DNA of 64,000 bases from Moniliella sp. 'wahieum' (lineage: Eukaryota). The notes under the pieces were generated by a model. That model worked only from the letters and a program-made list of their open reading frames with translations. It made no database searches and had not been told where the DNA came from. The translations under genes and the position numbers were made by a program. Positions 1 through 12,103 of this stretch are shown here, piece by piece (the stretch's first letter is position 1; every line of letters starts with the position of its first letter). The DNA lies in assembly GCA_003971905.1 (NCBI GenBank), contig RSEE01000059.1:186001-250000 (forward strand). Reading direction: 5' to 3'.

Positions 1-1328
1 GTGAACGTAGCGAAAGATATCGATCGCATCGGGCGTGCGGATCTCAATTGCGCTAATGTGAAGCTTGTTGATAATCTGCTGGACCACCTCGGGCGACTTG
101 CCCGGGGTGGCGGAAAGAGCGAGGATGCGAAAAGAGGGGTTGAATTGCATGAGCATGGCGACAATCAGTGTAAGCGTAGTTCCCCGTCCCGCGGTGCGCT
201 TCATCAATCACCAGGCACACCACTTCGTGCGGCTTGAGCAGTCCCAATTTCAGGTCGTTGGCAAGGGTTTTGCGGGTCATGTAGAAGATGCGCTTTTCCT
301 GGTAGTCTGCCCTCCGCATTGTGCTCTTCGTCTCTCCGGTCAGCTCGACCGCTACATTCCACGGCAGGCCGCAGATACGATGGCAGGCCACTTGTTGCTG
401 GGCTACCAGAGGCCGAGTTGGTGCGACAAAGACAATCTTGCCTTTGGGATACCAGCGGAAAAAGTTGAGCATCACGACAGCTGCAATGAATGTCTTGCCC
501 AATCCAGTGGGGAGGGCAACGAGGACGTTACTGGGAGCCAGAGGGTCAGTCGAAACAACACCCAAAGTGGGGCATAAAGGTCCAGAAAAAAGAACTCACT
601 TAAAGAGGGCCTTTTGAACAATGTTGAACTGGTAGTCGCGAACGGGCATGTTAGTAGGATACACCCAGGTCAGAGCCGCTTGACATCGACCGCGGGGGGC
701 ACGAATTCCTGAGCGGAGTTGCCATCAAGGTAGTGGGAAAAGGAGGCGTCCGGAAGGTTGGAGTCGATATGCTCGACGATCCACGTACACTGGCCCAAAC
801 AGACCAACATGGGCCAAGGGGTGGTTGGCCCGGCCCGCATCCCAGTCTTCCACCTCGTCTTCGGCTGGGGCACCCGGCGGGGGCATGGTCCGGCGGTTGC
901 GCAATGGGCCCGAGGCAGCAGCAGCTTGAGACTTATCCCAGCGTTTCCCCGCTGCCTCTGGGTGGGGGATGTATTTTGGATGGAGAGAACGCCCTCGTGG
1001 CGTGGGTCGACGCGGTTGCCGTGCAGGTCCACCTGTCTGGAACTGCGCGTTGGGCATCGTTGGGTGTAGGGATGGTTCTGCGAGGGAGCGGAGCAGGCGA
1101 GGGGCGGGTCAGCTGGCGCTGATCGATGCCAGCCATGATGACGTTGAGATCGTCGTCGGTGCCAAATCATCGTCGCTGTCGACGAGGACGAGGGGAGTGG
1201 TGGTGGAAGAGGGGGCGGGGCGTGGGCGGGGCGGAGGTGGGGTTGGGGAAGTGGCTGCGCACGCAGATCCAGGTGGGCCATCAGCTCGTCGGCTGAGCCA
1301 AACTCGTCGTCGAGTGGGCGGTGGACAT
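1..1328 (-). CDS. MPH1: Mph1/FANCM-family DEAH helicase, 5' part (runs off window start)
   Basis: YPTNMPVRDYQFNIVQKALF/NVLVALPTGLGKTFIAAVVM (motif I), VFVAPTRPLVAQQ, VIDEAHRGTGNYAY (DEAH). Intron 599..531 (GTGAGT..ACTGAC..CAG). Start approximate because of indels. Confidence 0.9.
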
Positions 1329-2119
1329 GGGCAGGACATGCCCCAGGGTGTAGGCGGGAGCGACGACGCAAGGAAGGCGGTGGTGGCGCCACAGCGATAA
1401 TTATGGCGCGTCTTGCGTTGGAGCTTAGCTTGAACGTTGAACGAACGTTGAACGCGCTGCTTGCGCGCAGCCATGGCACATCACGTGTGACATCACATCT
1501 CACAGTGTCATCACAGTGAGGCCGCCCAGCCATCGCTCCCAAATCCCATGGCGCGTGCGCCCAGGAATCGGAGATCACGTGAACCCCCCCTGGGAATCCC
1601 CGGAAGCCTGAGCCATGTTGCACCGATTGGGGCCATGCTTTCAGCGAGTGCCAAGCAGTCGCCAAGCGTAAATAAAGCGCTAATGCAGCTGCCGCGCGTG
1701 CGCGTGAATATTGAATCCCGGATGCCACGGATCACGTTGTCGTCAGTGTTGCTTGGGTGCTGTCCCAGGCCATCGCAGGGCCATCCCCTTGGAAATTGTC
1801 GGTGACGATTGGCGGCAATGGCGAGTCCAGGGGCAATGCCAGCGATCCCGGCGTCCCAGTCGCCGAATCCAGGCTCTTCGCTCTTAGATGCGTTCTTTTC
1901 TCGCACCAACTAGGGTGAAAGAGGGAGAGCAGGCCAGCATACGTACCCCTTCGTTTCGCCCTGCCTTGTGGCTTGCATGGTGCACGCAACACTCAACCGG
2001 GTGGTTAAAACCTTTTTTCTCGTCTGCATCTCCGACCGTTCCACCGCCAGTCTGTTTTCCCCAGCTACCACAGTTGCCGCACCTTCCACACTGCCCTCCC
2101 GTCCGCCACTGTCATAGCC

Positions 2120-3417
2120 ATGTCCGTTCCTGCCCTCAGACAGGTGGCCTTGCAGCTTTTCCCCACGCCGTGGCGGAGCGGGAGCTGCTGTACGTCCATG
2201 CCCCTCCCGACTGGCCCCTGCGCTCTGTTATGTCCCATTCTACTAACCGCCTCGTCTTCTGTTGCCCAGCGAGTATCAGCTGACTCTCTGCGAACCCCCT
2301 CAGCATGCCGTCGCGTCTGCCGGACCGGCTTGTACGTACGATCCCTCCTGATTAGCCTCTTCAGCTTCAGTTGCCTCTGCGACAAGCGATGCTTCCTCCT
2401 CCCCTTCTGTGTGCGACAGAAGCTAACCTTATGCCCTACGCGCCCTTTTTTTAGCTCAGATGGGGGCAATCCAGCCACCCCCAATGTTGCAGCTGCACGT
2501 TATTGCCCACAAAACAAGCAATGCGTCCCCGCCTCCGCCTGCTGTAGGATTTTCTGTCACACACGGATTGTCTTCCGCTCGCTTGCTGCCTCCGGCCCTG
2601 GTCGAGAATGGACCAAGACCGAGGTCGGTGATGGCTGGGAGGATCCAGCGTGGTTTCTCGCCAATCCTTCTCTCTTTGTCTTTGCTTCAGTCGCATCCGA
2701 GCAAGACAGCACTGTGCCCCAACCCTTAACGGGCGGGACCTCGGTCTCATCTCTGTATCACCTCAGCGATGCCACCTCGCACGAGACCCAAGGCGTTTTC
2801 TCTTCCCCTCTCTCTCCATCCAGGCCGGGGCGGCACCGACTCGCTTTCCATCTGTTTGAGATCATTGGCCGGACAATGTGCCATTGCAAAACCGTTTACT
2901 CCCCCTCGTTCCAGGTCGCCCCCGCTCCCGAACCAGTGACCCCCGTTGAACCGCCCGCCTCCTTTTCCCACTCCTCCCAGCCTGCAAGGGAAGAACGTCC
3001 GTTGCGTAGGAAGAGTCACCAGCGCACCACAAGTTTCTCCGACGACCCCCAGGGCGGTACGGGGGGCAAGCGACCCCGAGCGTCCACTCACCATCCCTCG
3101 TCGTCTCGCCGGGCAGTCTGCCGCCCCAAGCGAGCAGGACAGCCTCCACCTTGTCCCCAGCCGCAGCACGTACCTCGGGACCAAGAATCCCACCTTCCCC
3201 CCATTTGGGCAGCTTGCCTACGCCCTACCGCCCCTCTGCCTCTTCCCCCCTTCTCGATCCGCCCCAGCGAGAAGCTGAGGCCGGCCAGAGTGCTCCACCA
3301 GACCCATTCCCCGACTCGGATCCTTCTCCCGCTGGACGGCACCTCAGTCCACGTCATCTCCCTTGGCCGGGCGGAGACTACCTCCTCTCCCCACCTCACC
3401 TCCCCGATCCTCATTGA
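2120..3417 (+). CDS. Velvet-domain protein (divergent)
   Basis: Removing introns 2190..2269 and 2332..2454 gives in-frame EYQLTLCEPPQHA..GAIQPPPMLQLHV. Downstream FLANPSLFVFAS, LTGGTSVSSLYHLSD, FPSLSIQ, HRLAFHLFEI, VYSPSFQV follow the order of velvet consensus blocks. Pro/Ser-rich tail; end approximate. Confidence 0.75.
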
Positions 3418-3857
3418 AGCATACCGAGCTGGGAAGGTATACCTTGTCGCGCGAGGAGGACCCGCCACAGTGACGGCCACGTTCACGCCCATGCACATGC
3501 GCACATGCACACCATATGTTTGTTCTTTGCTTATTATTCTCTGTTTTTCTACGACCCCTTCATCGGCGGGTGGGGGACAAAAGGGCATAGCATGCGCAGA
3601 ATTGGCAATGCAAAAGTGGATGCAGGTTATGACCAGAAGTTCGGTATCGCCGGCAGCGAGACAGATGGTATGTAACAGACAGCGTGTCGACCATAAAATG
3701 GTGGAACGTGGGATGAGCGCGTCGGGGGGGTTGGGTACCACTTGGGAACGCACTTGACATTTGAAGTCGTCTTTCTCGCCATCCCATTTCTGTGCCCCCA
3801 GCTTAACTCTATACCTCTCATGCACGGCGTTTTGGAGTGTCACCCAAGGCAACGTAC

Positions 3858-4869
3858 TTAGGAGGACTGGTCTCGCCTCTTCAGCGCAAAGCGAAATCCC
3901 TCGTAAGTCTGACAAGGGGTCAGCAAAGCCCTTGAGAACAAAAGAAGGATGACGTACCAGGAAGCACAGCGCATTGGACGGTATGTAGGTCAACACACGA
4001 GGTGTCAACCCGCGAGTCAAGCCTTTCATCCCCTCACGCTGGAGGATGATCGGAATGCCTGGGTCATGCCCGAGGCCTGACGGATGGCTGGGTCGGAGGA
4101 CGTGCCCCGGGTTTGAAGCAGCGTTTTGGCCACATCCAGAGGGGTTGTGAGCGCAGCAGCAGTCCCTCCTGCAAACCCGCCGGCCAGAATGTGGGTCCAA
4201 GGGTCGTACACTTCTGTGGGATTCAACACCTTCTTGGCCCACTCGTAGGCACTAAACTGAAGCGCAGTAAAGGGGACGGTCATGGTGAGAGTAGTGGGGT
4301 AGGAAAGGTAGAAGGCTCGGATCCCCTCGTGTTGGTAAATGTGTTGGGCAGTGGAAAGGAAGGTACGATGGATTTGACCATGAATCTGCATTCGTTGCTT
4401 GATCACTGCGTGAGTAACAACGTTAGCCGTCCAATCAACCGAGAAGGGGAAATCGATGCTCACCATCAAATGGGTTCATAAACGCGTCCGCGGCGATTGT
4501 CGCAGCGGCGCCGGACACGGCGGTTGAAACAAGCCTGTGTCCTTCTTGGTTGCCCCCGGTAGCGTCCTTGACCAACTCGTAGGTACTAAAGTAGAGTGCG
4601 TGAGCTGGCCCGGCACCAAGAATGACGCTCGACACGCCCCTCCACAGAGCGCGGGCCCCCTCGCGGGTGGTAATGCTGCGGAGCCCCTGGCCGACACTCG
4701 AGTAGGTCGCGGCAGGAGCGGCGGAGAGGACTTGCATCCGCGTCCGCACGACATCGATGGGGAACATGCAGGCGTGCTCCGAGATGCCAGCAGCCGCGCC
4801 AGCAATCATGTTGATGTGAAACGGAACCTCGCCGAGGCCTTCGTAATCGGGTTCTTCCTCGGCCATCAT
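3858..4869 (-). CDS. MRS3: Mitoferrin (Mrs3/Mrs4) mitochondrial iron carrier
   Basis: EPDYEGL, MIAGAAAGISEHACMFPIDVVRTRMQ, GAGPAHALYF, NPFD/VIKQRMQ, SYPTTLTMTVPF, TTPLDVAKTLLQTRG. Introns 4463..4406 and 3957..3909; stop at 3858-3860. Confidence 0.9.
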
Positions 4870-5310
4870 GGCGCCGGACATGATGGGCACGTTGGAGGGT
4901 CAAAGGGAACCCGGAATCGGATGACTGGCCGCACCCCCAGATTGTTCACTTAGATCCTAAGAACAATGCTCGCAGCAGACACGAGAAGTCTGGCGGGTAG
5001 ATTGACAACCCTACTGCCCTCCATGCCCTGGACAGGCCGTGCCCTTGTCGATTTCAATTTCTGGGGCACGTGATCCCGGGAGGCGCATTCTATCATCCAT
5101 CACGCGTCACCCATCATGTGACTGACGAAAGGACCGTGCATCGACGCCAGCCAGATCTCCCGCCCGGGACGGGTTCCGAGTCCCCCGAGTGGGTGTGCCG
5201 TTCGCCTTGTCCAGCCGCCCTTTGCATGTTCTGCTCTGTAGCCTCCCACCAACTTCTTTAGGCGCCAGCCTTACTCCTCACCCCTCTCCCCCTCTCCTAG
5301 TCGTATCGCG

Positions 5311-5841
5311 ATGAGCAAGTCGCCCATCACCTGCCACATTCTTGACAGCACCCCGCGGCCGGCCGGTGGAGGGAGTGCTGTCCGCCTACAAGCTCTCTGA
5401 TGACCCCACCTCGGTCGACGCTCAGGCTACTCCAACAATCCTGGCATGGGTACGCTCTCTTGAACCTTGTGAAGACCAAAATCCTGACCTTTTTGCGTTT
5501 CCAGCAAAACCGACTCGGATGGCCGTTGCCTTACCCTCTTGCCGGCCACTACGCCGCTGACGGGAGGCGTGTACGGATGCACTTTGCGACCGGCCCTACT
5601 TTGCTAGCCAGAATCGCCCAACTTTCTATCCCTTTGTCGAGGTACGTGTCTCCCTTTCACTCTCTTCCAATGCACTGTCCACCGTATAGGAGGGTACTGG
5701 GCCATCTGCGTCGTCCTGGGGCTAACTAACCCCTCGCTGCACGGTCAGATTACGTTTTCGACGCCCGTTTCGCCCGACCCCCACTACCACATCCCACTCC
5801 TTTTGTCCCCCTTCTCCTACACCACCTACCGCGGCTCTTGA
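5311..5841 (+). CDS. 5-hydroxyisourate hydrolase (transthyretin-like)
   Basis: N-terminus MSKSPITCHILDS..GRP; C-terminus HYHIPLLLSPFSYTTYRGS* with the diagnostic YRGS end; two GT..AG introns; several indels. Confidence 0.88.
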
Positions 5842-6711
5842 TAATCTCAATGCAATGCCGAAGACGGTATTTCCTTCCCCGCAACGATAACTTTCACTGG
5901 CCTTGCCCGTCGAGGTGCTCTGCGTTTGTAAGTGGGATGCATTTGAACGCGTGCAGGGGATTGATTCGAGTGTTAGTCGCGGAGATGAGATGCGACAACG
6001 CACACAGGCCTATCTGGCAGGTTGATAGTTTAAAAGCGACATGAAGACTACGAACTAATCAGCAGGGTATGGACAGCCGAACAGAAGATGTGTAGCAGAA
6101 GAATGTATTCTAGCCCCGAAGAGCAAGAAGAAAAAAGAAAAAGTGAGCCCCCCGTCCCAAGAGCAAGGCGCCCGTGAGGGCACATCGCCACAAGGGATGA
6201 GGAGCAAGGCCTTGCACCCCGAAGAGAGCAAAGCCAACCGAAAAGATTAAAGCGAGCTGCGCCCCGTAAGGAACGCAGCGGCCACCGCGCGCCAGTACCA
6301 ACGACAAAGCGGGTCGGGCGTGCAATGCCGGCCACACGATGGTCGAACAGAAATGCTTGAGCTCCCTGTCCTTCGCCTAGGTAAGTATGAGGTGCAACAT
6401 TTTTCGTCCTGACCCCCTCCTTTTATACCTTTCGACCCGGCTCCTTCTCCTTGACCCGCCAACATGGGTCAGGGCACGGGGCAGCGATTGCAAAGACCAG
6501 CACAGCGCCTGTCAAGCGGAATTGGATGCCTCCACTTGAGCCCGGCAGCACCCACCCAGTGTCTGCTGCTTCCGTGACCTTCTCCGGGTGGGCAAGCACA
6601 GGGCCAGTGTACGTGCTGCCCACTCTGTGGCCCCAATGCCCGCCCAGGCGCAGGCGGGAATCACTGTCCAAAGCCAAACCCACAGCGGCCCCGTGCCGCC
6701 GTCACGCATTG

Positions 6712-6805
6712 GCACGTCATGCACGTCATGCACGTCATGCATCATGCATCATGCATCATGCATCTTGTCCGGTGTCGGCTGGCCCAGCCGGTAGCCGGTA
6801 GCCGG
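6712..6805. repeat. Tandem arrays (GCACGTCAT)3, (TCATGCA)4 and (AGCCGGT)n
   Basis: Read directly from sequence; intergenic. Confidence 0.9.
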
Positions 6806-8854
6806 CAACCGCAGCCACTAAATCTGAAATCGAGTTCTGAAGATGAATTGGTTTCAAATTGCTACTCGCGCGCTCAGATCTCAGATTTAGACCGCTAGCG
6901 GGCACGTGACCTGCAACTTCTGGTGGCGTCTATTGGATCACAGCAAGTACACTCTTGGAATGGGAGAGGTTTCTTTGGCGTTCAACTCCTCTCTACGACC
7001 GATGCCGCGTCCGCTCGATACTCGGGTGGTTCACCTCCGAGCTTTTGTCCAGCTCCCTATCTCTTTCGGTTGGTCGGCGCAATCTGACTGCGACCGTTTG
7101 GTCCCGATGCAACCATCCAGCTACCCACAACAATCTCGCGCTTCTACGACCGCAGAGCGTCTCCGGAAGAGCCCCCCACGCACCACCGTTAATATGTGAT
7201 CGTATCGCGATTGGCCAGGTACGAGGAAACACTACGCTACCAAGCTGGGAAAGGAACACAGCGGTAGCTGTTTGGAACTACTGCTGCTTCATTAGTCTGG
7301 CACTACGTTGAAGAACAAGTTTACATATGGCTACATCCAGCGTCGGAGGTTTTGGGGGGGATGGCCGACAGATGCTAATCTTACCTTCGGCTTTCTTGGC
7401 TGGTAACGTGTGGCGGATTGAACCTTCGCAGTTGCTTTTTTCCCAGGGGGCTCAACACAATGGGGTTTTGGTAGTAACACGCTGCCGAAAACCTCATCAC
7501 ATCGGTGCCGCCCCTCTGCTTATCGCGTGCACGTCTCGTTTAAGTTCCCCTCCACGTGCCACTTATATGCATGTGCTGGAAACCAAACTGACGTGTGGAG
7601 CTTTGCCTCCCTGTTATTTTAACCGGAGAAGTCTCCTATCCGACCCAGTAGCAGGTGCCCATGGCGTGGGGGGCTGCCTGAGCGTAGCATACACATTGCG
7701 CGGGCGCAAGAAGCAGGATTGGATTATCGAGCGTCATCCTGAGATGGCGATGAGTTGGAGGAGGGGTGTGGCGGTGAGATCTGAGGAGCTGAGAGGAGCT
7801 GAGAGAGCTGAGTTTGACTTGTTTTTGTTGCGGCTGAGGCAGAAACATTGGTGTGAGGATCGCAGCGCTCGAATCAGGGCAGTGTGGGTGTGAAAGGGCG
7901 CCATGCGTGGCGATGCCTGGGTGCGCCAGCAGATGTGGTCTGTGCGCATCGGACTCATCGATGAGCGTCGGCAGGTAATCTAGTGGGCCCAGTCTGACAT
8001 GGGCAGTTCGTTCGTTTGTTACACGTTAACCTTCGCTCTGCTAGATCAACCGGCGTCTGCTGCGTTCTTCGATTGACGGCATCACCCGTGAGCATCTGCA
8101 TGTGCCTGAGGACTGGGTGGGTTATGGTTATGCGGCCACCGTGACGCATGATGCTCGACGGGGGACCGGGTGAACCCCCATGTGCACCGAGAACTCACAA
8201 CTCTTCGCAGCGGGTACTGAGATCTGAGACGGAGTGCGTATATCCTGTACGTACACAGGCCGCGTCCCAAGTGCTGGCGTTCTCAAGATCTCAGGCTATG
8301 AGCTAGCTGGAAGCTGGAAGAGCTTGGAGCTTGAAGAGCCTCAGGCCTGATGCGCTCAAGCCCCGCCTTGTTCACCCAGCCATGACCCGTCTAGCAGCGT
8401 ACCACAGGCTGGGCACCAGGTCAGGCGCCAGGGTGCGATGTGTGAGCGGTCGGCTCCGCGCCAGCCTCGTGCCGGCGCTGAGATCGGAGACGCGACAGCA
8501 GAGCGGCTGGCCTCGGCCTCAGCAGCGTGTCCCAGCTTGCAGGGCTCTGGCTGGCTCTGGTTCAGCTGGTTCAGCACGGTTAGCTGCCACGCTCAGCTTC
8601 GGGGTTTGGGGCTCCAAGTCTCGCGGCTACGCGCTGGCCTCGGCCGGCCTACGCTGCCTGGCTCGACCGCACATCTCGGATCTCAGCCTGCGGCCCCACG
8701 CACTGGGCCGCATGCGCACGGCTTGGTTTGGTTCAGCCGGCAGTGTGCCTGTCTCTGCCGCTGTCCAACTCGTTCCATTGCCGTCATCTGCCTCATCTGC
8801 ATCATCCGCATCATCGCCCCGACCCGGCGCAACCCTCATCTCAACTGCCTCTGA

Positions 8855-8862
8855 TATAAAAA
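8855..8862 (+). promoter_or_regulatory. TATA box of PDC
   Basis: TATAAAAA about 100 bp upstream of ATG 8954, followed by a pyrimidine-rich leader. Confidence 0.6.
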
Positions 8863-8953
8863 CGCCGCCAGCTCCCAGCAGCACCATCTTGCTTCCTCCC
8901 CTCCCCTCAGCACATCTTCTGCTAGCTCCTCTCTCACCCACCTCGCCTCCACC

Positions 8954-10954
8954 ATGGCTGCTGTCAAAGGTACCATCACTCTTACCGAATACCTCTGCGA
9001 GCGGTTAAAGCAGCTTGATGTCGAGTTCGTGCAGGGTCTCCCTGGTGACTTCACCCTGGCCATGCTCACCCGCTGGCGTGAGGCGGGCCTCGGCTGGATC
9101 GGCAACTCCAACGAGCTCAACGCCGGGTACTCGGCCGACGGCCTTGCCCGTGTTCTCTCCGAGGGCCACCCGCGTCCTGCTGTCCTCACTACTACCTTTG
9201 GCGTCGGTGAACTGAGTGCCTGCAACGCGCTGGGCGGTAGCATGGCAGAGCGCCTGCCCGTCATTCACATTGTCGGCACTCCTTCAACCAAGGCTCAGGA
9301 CGAGGGTCTTTTGCTGCACCACACACTTGGTACGTTCCTCTGTTCCCTTGCTGTCGCTTGGTTTTTCCGAGTTCTAACCTTTTGATGTTCTAGGTGACCA
9401 CAAGTTTGACGCTTTCGTCAACATGGCTCGTCAGATCACTGGGTCCCAATTGGACTTGTACCAGATGCACCGTGAGGGCCGTCTGCCTTTGATCCCCAAG
9501 GGCACCAAGGCTGAGGACATCACCACTGGTCTCGATGCCTGCCGTGCGATTGACTCTATCCTCGAGGCCTGTGTCGCTCGCTCCGTGCCTGTCTACATTG
9601 CCTATCCTTCCAATCTGGTCGATCTTCCTCTGCCTGTGGCGGCGGCCAAGCGCTTGGAAGAGTACAAGCTGCAGACCACTGTTACTGCCAACAATGCCGA
9701 TGTTGAGGCCAGCGTGCTGGAGGAGATTCTGGGCCGCTCAAGCAGGCCACTCAACCCATTATTCTTGTCGACGCGTGCGCCTCGCGCCACAATGTGGTGG
9801 CTGAGACTCGTGAGTTTGCCCAGGTGACCGGTCTGCCTGTTTTCTCCACGCCCATGGGTAAGACAACCATCACGGAGCTGGACAACGTACAGTTTGGCGG
9901 TGTCTACCTCGGCACCCTGACCAAGCCGGCCGTCAAGGACATTGTCGAATCGTCGGACCTGATCATTTCGATCGGTGCGCTTCTTTCTGACTACAACACG
10001 GTTCTTTCTCTTACCGCACCAAGCGTACGGCGACGATTGAGCTACACTCGGACCACACCAAAATTGGCTATGCCGTCTTTGAAGACATCAAGATGAAGTG
10101 GCTGCTGCCCAAGCTGACCAAGGCATTGTCCAGCGAGCCGGGCAAATACCTCGAATCGACCAAGGCTCTCCTTGCTCCCGTCCGCTCCTCAACATCAACG
10201 CACTCCCTTCCCCCGAGCAGAATTTGCGGATCTGGATGAAGTTACGGCTTCTCGCCTCGGTGGCGCCAAGGGCTTTGCCGCCCATGACGTGATTACCCAG
10301 GGCTACTTCTGGCCGCGTATGGGCCACTTCTTTGAGGAGGGTGACACCATCCTTGGCGAGACTGGTACCTCTCGTTTGGTCTGATTGACGTAACGTTCCC
10401 CAAGAACACGAAGCTGATTGCGCAGATGCTGTGGGGCTCGATTGGATACACGGGTGGTGCTGTGCTCGGGGCGGCGCTGGGTATGCGTCAGCTGAAGCAG
10501 CACAACCCCCAGCGCCCTGGTCGTACGGTGCATTTCATTGGTGATGGCTCGCTTCAACTGACGGCGCAGGAGCTCGGGACGGTCTTCCGTCACGGTCTGA
10601 CGCCTCTGATCTTTATCCTCAACAACGATGGGTACGAAATTGAGCGCCAGATTTACGGCCCGGACGAGTTCTACAATGACATTGCGATCTGGAACCACTC
10701 TAAGCTGATTGACTTCCTCACGCCCGCCCCGACCTGGGTCAAGCCCAAGGTGCCTCCCACGACGCTGACCCGGTACCGGCCAAGACACAGTACCACGCCG
10801 TTCACACCAAGAAGGAGCTCGAAGCCTTGTGACCGACGCAGAGTTCAAGAAGGCTGACAAGGCTCATGTGGTTGAGGTGTTCTTGCCGCGTGGCGATGCC
10901 CCACCAGCCCTGAAGCGCCAGGCTGCCCTGTCGGCTGCCAACAATGCGGCTTAG
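8954..10954 (+). CDS. PDC1: Pyruvate decarboxylase family TPP-dependent 2-oxo-acid decarboxylase
   Basis: GLPGDF, NELNAGYSADGLAR, TTFGVGELSA, LLHHTLG, LWGSIGY, TPP motif GDGSLQLTAQEL..NNDGYEIER; one intron near 9330-9392; several indels. Confidence 0.9.
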
Positions 10955-12103
10955 ACGATGGATTCATCTCGATCGAACAGCCCCGCGTTGTGATGCTTGC
11001 TTGTTCGACGTTAGTTGCTTCTTCCCTCATGCTCACGACTGTAATTCAGCACCACTTGTCATTTTCATGGGCCGTGCGCCTCCCATCTCATTCACAGTAT
11101 ATGCATAGCATTCTCAGTTAATTGTTGTGAGTTGGTGACATTTTTGCGCATTCAACCGCGGAGGACGGAAGCCGTATATGGCGCCATACAGTATCATACC
11201 AACTTTGCGAGTTATTTGACCGCACATTTGCAGCATGGACAAGGGCAAGACATTCCGGGAACTGGATAGCGTCAGCCAGCCGTGAGAACACTGGAACGGG
11301 ACTTCTACCATCGGTTGGGCAACACCCTAAAGCCAGTGGCTGCACAAAGACGGTCATGTGTTTATCTCTGTAGTTAAGTGTACTATAGCTCAACTACTAA
11401 TACATGGCAAAACTTTTGTAGCTTCTGTGAGTGTGGCTAACTTCCATTGTGACAAGCGACAAGTGAATAGTAGAGTTGTATTGTCTCGATCGCGTCTGCG
11501 TCCTCATATGCGTCGTCGGCTGGCGAGGACAGTGACAATTTGGCTCTGTCCGAAGGTCATAATGCCACACCATAGTATGTTTGTGAGGACGACTGGGGTC
11601 GCAGTTAATACTGTCAAGCCTCTTCTATGATAGTCTCAACCCCGTATACGGCCGGCTTTTTCCATCGCGAAGCTTGTTCACTCTCTGCACTCGCCCATTG
11701 CTTAGTACTTGGCGGCATCTTGCATGCCACTTATTTTGCTTGTTTGATGCTGCGATCAGACCTGCCAGGCTTGTTATTTGCCCAAGGGTGCCCTGACCAT
11801 TCTTCAACCACCTGTACGCGCTGTGCTCGCGCTCAGACGGAACACTCAGAACACCCACTGACTATGGAGAGGAAGCCAGCTCGTTGGATCCGCGCGGCAT
11901 ACCTTTTGCAACTGAAAACTACTGTGCCCGTTCCGGTATCAGTCAATTCTAGGAAACTATCCATTCTGGTGACGAACGAGAACAGCCGTGACAGCCAGTA
12001 CACGACCAGAAAGGGGGGTGGTGGCAGGGGGAAAGGGGACACAAACGAGAGTACAGGTATCTTCCGCTGTGACAGGGACGAAGCAAATGGGACAGAGAGG
12101 AGG

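Noticed and set aside
2290..2560. Cys-rich ORF-track translation resembling a Zn2Cys6 cluster
   Set aside because: Wrong frame and partly intronic; the spliced frame gives velvet motifs.
7327..7958. ORFs on both strands upstream of PDC
   Set aside because: No recognisable motif or coherent splice model.
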